Part shown: positions 56,129 through 64,000 of the stretch, piece after piece
How positions within the stretch are numbered: the first letter of the stretch is position 1
Layout of the letters: each line of letters starts with the position of its first letter
Source of the DNA: Octopus vulgaris
Taxonomy: Eukaryota
DNA length: 64,000 nt
Assembly (NCBI GenBank): GCA_951406725.2
Contig: OX597819.1
Span: forward strand, 16,058,001 to 16,122,000
Direction: 5' to 3'
Position numbers and translations under genes: made by a program
The notes under the pieces: generated by a model
The model's database searches: none
Seen by the model: the letters and a program-made list of their open reading frames with translations, nothing else
What the model was told of the DNA's origin: nothing

Positions 56129-56705
56129 CATATAGACTAAATTTATGTACGTATTAAAATTATCTAGGTATATATGTATGTATAAAAATTACGTACGTCT
56201 ACATAAATCTATTGAAATTATGTTCGTATGTACGTAGCTTGTGAGTGAGTATGAACATGCGTCAGATAACCTGAAAATATGACGGTAAAACGACAATGCT
56301 ACGTGAAATGAGCGCACGAGAAAGAAAAAAATATTTTTTACAGTCATAAATTCTAATTGGAAGGATTATCAACAACGTTTTAACATAGTCACTTCATTAA
56401 TTTCATTTTTATTTAATTACATATGTATTCGGATTATATACACTCGGTCATGTAATGCATACATACATTCCTACGTGCGTATGTATGCTTGTATGTATGT
56501 ATGTATGTATGTATGTATGTATGTATGTATGTATGTATGTATGTATGTATATATGTATGTATGTATGTATGCATGCATGCATGCATGTATGTATGTATGT
56601 ATGTATGTATGTATGTATGAATGGATGGATGGATGGATGGATGGATGTTTATACACTACTGCTAAAACATACATATATACATGTGTATGTCTATCTGTCT
56701 CTCTG

Positions 56706-56818
<113 letters not shown>

Positions 56819-56836
56819 ACTCACACACACACACAT

Positions 56837-56890
<54 letters not shown>

Positions 56891-56959
56891 GTATATATAT
56901 ATATATATGCATATATATGTTTGTTTGTGTGTGTGTCTGTGTGTGTGTGTGTATGTATA

Positions 56960-58429
56960 CGGGGGCCTACCCAAAAGAAACCGGAATTTTGATATAACAT
57001 TTTATTCACTTAGTTTTACATATTTACACTTTTTATCACCTTCAAAGTATTCTCCATTTGAAGCAATGCATCGGTCCAGACGCGTTTTCCACTGTCCGAA
57101 GCAGTCCTGGAACTCTTGACAAGTGATGCATTTTAACGCCTCCGTCGGTTTTTTTCTTCACCTCCTTAACATCTGCAAAATGTTTTCCTTTGAGGACTTT
57201 TTTCATCCGAGGGAACAAAAAAATTCACAGTGCTCGGTGCTAAGAGTATTGTAGGGTCTTTTTCTCCGTAACTTCAGTTTTCTCCGTAACTTCAGGTTTC
57301 TCCGTAACTTCAGTTTTCTCCAAAGCTTGCTAGTGAAATCTAACCGTCGGCTAGGGCTTAGAAACCAGTCGGGTGGATTGTACCCTTAATCCAAAGGTCA
57401 TGCCATGTCAGATATTGGTGTCACGTGAAGCCAGCCTGAGAATTACGTTAAACGTACAGATGTCTCTGGAATACTCAGCCACTTATAGATTAATTTATTG
57501 GGTGAATAGGGAGGGTGGGTAAGTAGGGTCATGTCATTTTTCGTCAAAACCTGTCTCACGTGCAAGGCGGTGAGCACAGGCACATTGCCTTGATAAAACC
57601 ACCACTCACCACTTTGTCACAAGTCGTGGCGTTTTCGTCTCACCATGTCTCGCAAATGCTCCAGAAATGCCAAGTAAAATGTCTGGTTTCAACAGTTTGA
57701 CCAGGAGGAGCAAATTCTGTGTGGACAATTCCTTTCTCATCGCTGAAACAAACCAGCATCGTCTTGGCATTGAATTTCACTGAACGTCCTTTGGTGGGGT
57801 GGGGGGACATTGAATGCTTCCATTGACTTGATTGCAGGTCGTAGCCGTAGCACCAGCTTTCATCACCAGTGATAAACTTCGAAAAAAGGTCCGGATCAAT
57901 TTCCAACCCTCTCTTTCAGTTCATAATACGCATTCAGTCGTGACTGTTTTTGATCATCCGTGAGCAAGCAAGGCATACATTTTGCTGGAACTCTTTTCAT
58001 TCACAATTTCTCCTTCAAAATTCATTGACAGGGGATCCAGGACATACCAGTCATATCAACAAGTTCATCAATTGTTCGGCGACGGCCCTCCAAGATCAGT
58101 TCATGAATTTTCGTTATGTTTTCATTCGTTCGGGAGGTCGACGGTGGCCCTGAACGAGGTTGGTCTTCAAGCGACAAGGGACCGTTTCTGAAGTCTGGAA
58201 ACCACTCGTAAACTTGTGTTTTGCTCATGGCAGCTTCACGGAAGGCACACTGTTCCTTCGTTTCAGCCATCGCAAAAATCGACGATCAGGGGAAGCACTG
58301 TAAAGCAAATACGCCGTTCGGCAGACTGATGCCTGAGGGTTGCATCAAGTGGCTACTAGCGGCGAAAACCTGAACCATAACGAACTTGTCTCACAGAGAA
58401 CGTTTCCGGTTACTTTTGGGTACCCCTTG
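56960..58429 (-). mobile_element. Defective mariner transposon with TIRs and TA target duplication, interrupted by an insertion
   Basis: TIRs CGGGGGCCTACCCAAAAGAAACCGGAA and TTCCGGTTACTTTTGGGTACCCCTTG; QVYEWF...EDQPRSG, FITGDESWCYGYD, HPPYSP and NGEYFEG motifs. Confidence 0.9.
57231..57500 (+). mobile_element. ~230-270-bp interspersed repeat inserted in the mariner; second copy at 58870-59101
   Basis: Near-identical direct copies; 3' part GAGAATTACGTTAA...CTCAGCCACTT resembles the SINE C tail. Confidence 0.75.
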
Positions 58430-58568
58430 TATGTACAAATGCAGACATGCATACATGCACATACACATACATACATATATACATACATACACACACACAC
58501 GCACATATATATGCTTATACATACATACATACATACATATATATGTATATATATATATATATATATGT

Positions 58569-58702
<134 letters not shown>

Positions 58703-58869
58703 GTAGGTATATATATATATATATTTATATATATATTTATATATATATATATGTATGTATATGTATATATGTATATGAGTGTGCGCGCGCGCCCAGAACC
58801 GGGGAGTGCTTAAGAAGCTCATTTTGCAACGGTGGGGGTGGAGCGGGGTGGAGCGGAGGTGGATCTTAA

Positions 58870-59101
58870 TGCTTGGTGCTAAGAGTATTGTAGGGTCTTT
58901 TTCTCCGTAACTTCAGTTTTCTCCAAAGCTTGCTAGTGAAATCTAACCGTTGGCTAGGGCTTAGAAACCAGTCGGGTGGATTGTACCCTTAATCCAAAGG
59001 TCATGCCGTGTCAGATATTGGTGTCACGTGAAGCCAGCCTGAGAATTACGTTAAACGTACAAATGTCTCAGGAATACTCAGCCACTTATCGATTAATTTA
59101 T
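58870..59101 (+). mobile_element. Second copy of the 57231-57500 repeat
   Basis: Direct comparison. Confidence 0.75.
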
Positions 59102-59484
59102 GGAGTATGTGGTTTGGGTGAGCGAGCAACTGAATGGTCTTCGATGAAATCAACAAAGGATCCCTCAATTTTTGTGCGCATGCGTGTAGGTATTTCAAGG
59201 AAACCAATGATTCATTATGTGTGTCCATGCGCGCGCGCCTGTGAGTGTGTCTGCGTATATATGTGTGTATATAATATATGTATATATGTATAAATGCTTG
59301 TTTGTGCGTGTGTATGTATATATATATATAAATACATATATATGCATATACACACACATATACATATATATTTGGACCTATGTATGTATGTGTATATAAA
59401 TGTGTGAATATATATATATAAATGTATATATATATATAAATATATATATATCCATATAAGTATAAGTACATGTGCACACATACA

Positions 59485-60236
<752 letters not shown>

Positions 60237-60548
60237 AAAACCTACCCCCGACAAGATGCCAGTAAGGCACCCTCTACGCAGGTGCTTAATCTGCCAGAAA
60301 GTGGAGGCATATCGCCGTCAGGCCACACTAAAAGGAAGGACAAATTAGATGAATTCATTCTGGCCAAGAAAACGACGAAACGAAATACTTTCGATTTTGT
60401 GCCAACACAATCAGAGTTGATCTGCGGCTGAACAACGATAAGAAACCAAACTCGAATAATACAGAAATACTAATAATCCCATGTATTTCAACAACGGAGC
60501 CTGTTCCAAACTTCGGCATTACGGAGAATTTTAATGCACGAACAGGTA

Positions 60549-61000
60549 GATATCATCATCATCATTGTTCGACCGTGGTCGAGACAATGGAATTTACCAT
60601 GCTACGCCAGACTTCACGGTCCATCATGGCATTACGGAGGTCCTGTTGCTGGATGCCTGTATCCCTGGAGATTACATCAGGGTAGGAGAGTGTGCGCCCT
60701 CTGGTATTGCAAGTAGATGGCTACCAGAGGAGAAGAGTAGAAATTACTTCTTTTTCAGCTCTACAACAATGTCCAGCAAACTGGACTCTCCTACCTTTCA
60801 CAAGAGATGACACAGGTGGTAGTTTCCCATATATTTGCATTTTGGTTGGATGGCGCTTCCACGAGAGATTTTGAGCTCTCATAAGGAGGCGAGTGTAGGT
60901 TCCATCCAACCGCCTCTCAAGCTTCTTTGATAGCGTCCAGGTTTCTGAGCCATATAGTATAAAAGGAACCACTACTGAAACATAAAAAAAAAAACATTGG
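60549..61000 (-). mobile_element. RTE-type LINE 3' end
   Basis: ILYGSETWTLSKKLERRLDGTYTRLLMRAQNLSWK...QFAGHC; (GAT)n tail at about 60552-60566. Confidence 0.85.
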
Positions 61001-62057
61001 ATAAACTTCTGATAATGATACCGGATCAGCCAACCATTCAAAGAAACACTCAGGGAAGATCGGCTGCTACAAACTCAATCATTGACCAACTTCCAGCCAT
61101 AAAGCGACAATAAAACTGATAGAAAATAAATTTTGTGCTCCAGCGTGGCCACAGTCCTACAACTAGAACCATTAAAACAATAAAAGAATAAAAGACCACA
61201 CACGGATGCGATTTAGAAAAAGCAAGTCGGGCACAAATGTCCAGGGATCAAATCCCCCAAGTACGACATTTGTCAACGGAATCCTTTCACGTGCATTGAA
61301 TCAACAGAAAGAATCAATAATCAATAACAACTAAAAAAAAATCAATTCTACCGATGGATGATGAAACGGAATAGATGGCAGTGATGTGAAAATGTACTTT
61401 CAGCCTTTGCAGGTACCACTACAGGGAAAAGAATGAGACAACAATAGTACAATCACAGGTACCACACTGAGGCAACAGAAAAGGTGTACAAAAGTACTTA
61501 GATAACTCACAGCTACCGTATGGAAGCAATTTGGTTAGAACCCCTCCCCCCAGCTACAATTGTGTACCAACGAAGGAGCTACTAAGTGCTCGATTACCAC
61601 TATCATAATTCTCACAAACCACACTGTGTCTTCTGAAAAGGGGGAAAAAAAAAAAGATAGATAATTTGGTCTTACATATTCCTAAAGAGATTAGATTGTC
61701 ACAGTTACAATATGTCTGAATATAAATTTGCTCAATCAGGGTCGACACAGGGTTAAAAAATATACGGCGACAACAACAACAACGGCATAACTATGACGTC
61801 ACTCTGACAACATTAACCCTTCCACTCGGTTGCTCTGTTAAACTTGAAGCTACATACGCCAACCCCCAAAAGATCAGTAACATCATTTACTTCATTAGCC
61901 TTCACCCCACACCATACCAGAATGGTTTCCACAGATGGTCAGTACTTGAAGTAGGCGACCCATACTTCTCTCATCTATACCATGTGAATCTCTCAACAAT
62001 GTCATTTGACCTGCTAAAAATAACAACAAAATCTTCCTCAAATTATATCCTATCATA

Positions 62058-62492
62058 GGCGCAGGAGTGGCTATAGGCGCAGGAGTGGCTGTGTGGTAAG
62101 TAGCTTGCTAACCAACCACATGGTTCCAGGTTCAGTCCCACTGCGTGGCATCTTGGGCAAGTGTCTTCTGCTATGGCCCCGGGCCGACCAATGCCTTGTG
62201 AGTGGATTTGGTAGACGGAAACTGAAAGAAGCCTGTCGTATATATGTATATATACATATATGTATGTATGTGTGTGTATGTGTTTGTGTGTCTGTGTTTG
62301 TCCCCCTAGCATTGCTTGATAACCGATGCTGGTGTGTTTACGTCCCCGTCACTTAGCGGTTCGGCAAAAGAGACCGATAGAATAAGTACTGGGCTTACAA
62401 AGAATAAGTCCCGGAGTCGATTTGCTCGACTAAAGTCGGTGCTCCAGCATGGCCGCAGTCAAATGACTGAAACCAGTAAAAGAGTAAAAGAG
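62058..62492 (+). mobile_element. SINE family A with duplicated 5' tip
   Basis: Full-length match; TAGGCGCAGGAGTGGCT occurs twice at the start. Confidence 0.85.
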
Positions 62493-62697
62493 TATCTGTT
62501 TGATAATGTAGTCCTGGGTTAGTCTTAACTTTGAGCAATACCGCTATCGAAGCGTTAATGGGTAACAACTGTTGCCGGTTCTCATTTTCAGATGAGTAGG
62601 GTGGAAGAATGCGAAAGGAAATGCTTTGCTCGGTATGGAAATCGAAAGCACAACTTCACACTCGTAAAGTCAACATCCTAGCCATTTTGGTCACATG

Positions 62698-63080
62698 GAA
62701 GCACTCCGTCGGTAACGACGATGAGGGTTCCGGTTGATCCGAATCAACGGAACAGCCTGCTCGTGAAATTAACGTGTAAGTGGCTGAGCACTCCACAGAC
62801 ACGTGCACCCTTAACGTAGTTCTCGGGGATATTCAGCGTGACACAGAGAGTGACAAAGCCGGTCCCTTGAAATACAGGTACGACAGAAACAGGAAGTAAG
62901 AGTGAGAGATAGTTGTGGTGAAAGAGTACAGCAGGGATCACCACCATCACCTACCGGAGCCTCGTGGAGCTTTTAGGTGTTTTCGCTCAATAAACACTCA
63001 CAACGCCCGATCTGGGAATCGAAACCGCGATCCTATGACTGCGAGTCCGCTGCCCTAACCACTGGGCCATTGCGCCTCCA
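62698..63080 (-). mobile_element. SINE family C, main tail type
   Basis: Matches 48318-48707. Confidence 0.85.
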
Positions 63081-63314
63081 CTATTTGGTCACAAGAAAAC
63101 AAGAGTCCTGAATGCAGTTAGAACCTCTTTCCTCAGAGTCCTTCCGTCACCTTTTTCCTCATAGTTCTGCTGGACTTGACCTGGTTCAGTGCTAAATAAC
63201 AACAAGATCAAGAAAACAACAGGTTTGCAGAAACATGCTGGACAGTGAAGGAAAAGGGCAGTTTGCACTACTGCGCAAAATATATATGCACAGTGCATTC
63301 CATGCAATTAACGG

Positions 63315-63714
63315 TAACGTTAGCACGCCGGGCGAAATGCTTAGCGGTATTTCGTCTGGGTTACGTTGTGAGTTCAAATTCCGCCGAGGTCGACTTTGCC
63401 TTTCATCCTTTCGGGGTCGATAAATTAAGTACCAGTTACGCACTGGGGTCGATGTAACCGACTTAATACCTATGTCTGTCCTTGTTTGTCCCCTCTGTGT
63501 TTAGCCCCTTGTGGGTAATAAAGAAATAGGTATTTCGTCTGCGTTACGTTGTGAGTTCAAATTCCGCCGAGGTCGACTTTGCCTTTCATCCTTTCGGGGT
63601 CGATAAATTAAGTACCGGTTACGAACTGGGGTCGATGTAATCGACTTAATACCTATGTCTGTCCTTGTTTGTTCCCTCTGTGTTTAGCCCCTCGTGGGTA
63701 ATAAAGAAATAGGT
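63315..63714 (+). mobile_element. SINE family B dimer (183-bp period)
   Basis: GGTATTTCGTCTG at 63346 and 63529. Confidence 0.85.
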
Positions 63715-63787
63715 ATATATCATTCCGCGGCATACATCATATGCCTGGCTTACACTAAATGGCTGTAAGCAATATCTGGAATACTGC

Positions 63788-63908
63788 AGTCGCCCACATA
63801 TCACGTTGAAAGCACCGGTTCTCGTCCGATCACCGAAGTTAAGCAACGTCCAGCCTAGTTAGTACTTAGATGGGTGACCGTTTGGGAAACCTAGGTGCTT
63901 TTAAGCGT
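63788..63908 (+). pseudogene. 5S rRNA-derived copy, probably an orphan pseudogene
   Basis: CATATCACGTTGAAAGCACCGGTTCTCGTCCGATCACCGAAGTTAAGCAACG...GTTAGTACTTAGATGGGTGACCG matches invertebrate 5S; 5' tip and terminal stem are diverged; single copy in the window. Confidence 0.85.
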
Positions 63909-63920
63909 TTCACACTTTAT

Positions 63921-63995
63921 TGGCGCAGGAATGGCTGTGTGGTAAGTAGCTTGCTTACCAACCACATGGTTTTGGGTTCAGCCCCACTACGTAGC
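63921..63995 (+). mobile_element. SINE family A head (window edge)
   Basis: GGCGCAGGAATGGCTGTGTGGTAAGTAGC...GGGTTCAGCCCC. Confidence 0.8.
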
Positions 63996-64000
63996 GCTTT

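Overview
AT-rich, repeat-saturated eukaryotic DNA with the repeat signature of an octopus (coleoid cephalopod) genome; the organism is inferred from SINE and microsatellite content. No complete host gene is visible, and nearly all listed ORFs are microsatellite or SINE read-through. Contents: three tRNA-derived SINE families (many copies, some multimeric), R4/Dong-like LINE 3' ends sitting in (TAA)n, RTE, Tx1-like and Penelope-like remnants, several mariner/Tc1 relics, a Helentron-type HINE, a piggyBac-like MITE and a 5S rRNA-derived copy. The most interesting signals are (i) several unrelated short, mostly (TA)n-embedded elements carrying minimal hammerhead-ribozyme-like cores, two of them folded into head-to-head palindromes; (ii) a foldback-like element built from inverted 22-bp arrays; (iii) a ~6.3-kb palindrome that may be a long-read artefact; (iv) head-less 184-bp SINE multimers; and (v) a few low-confidence minus-strand exon/micro-exon candidates. 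Coordinates were read by eye and repeat ends are approximate.
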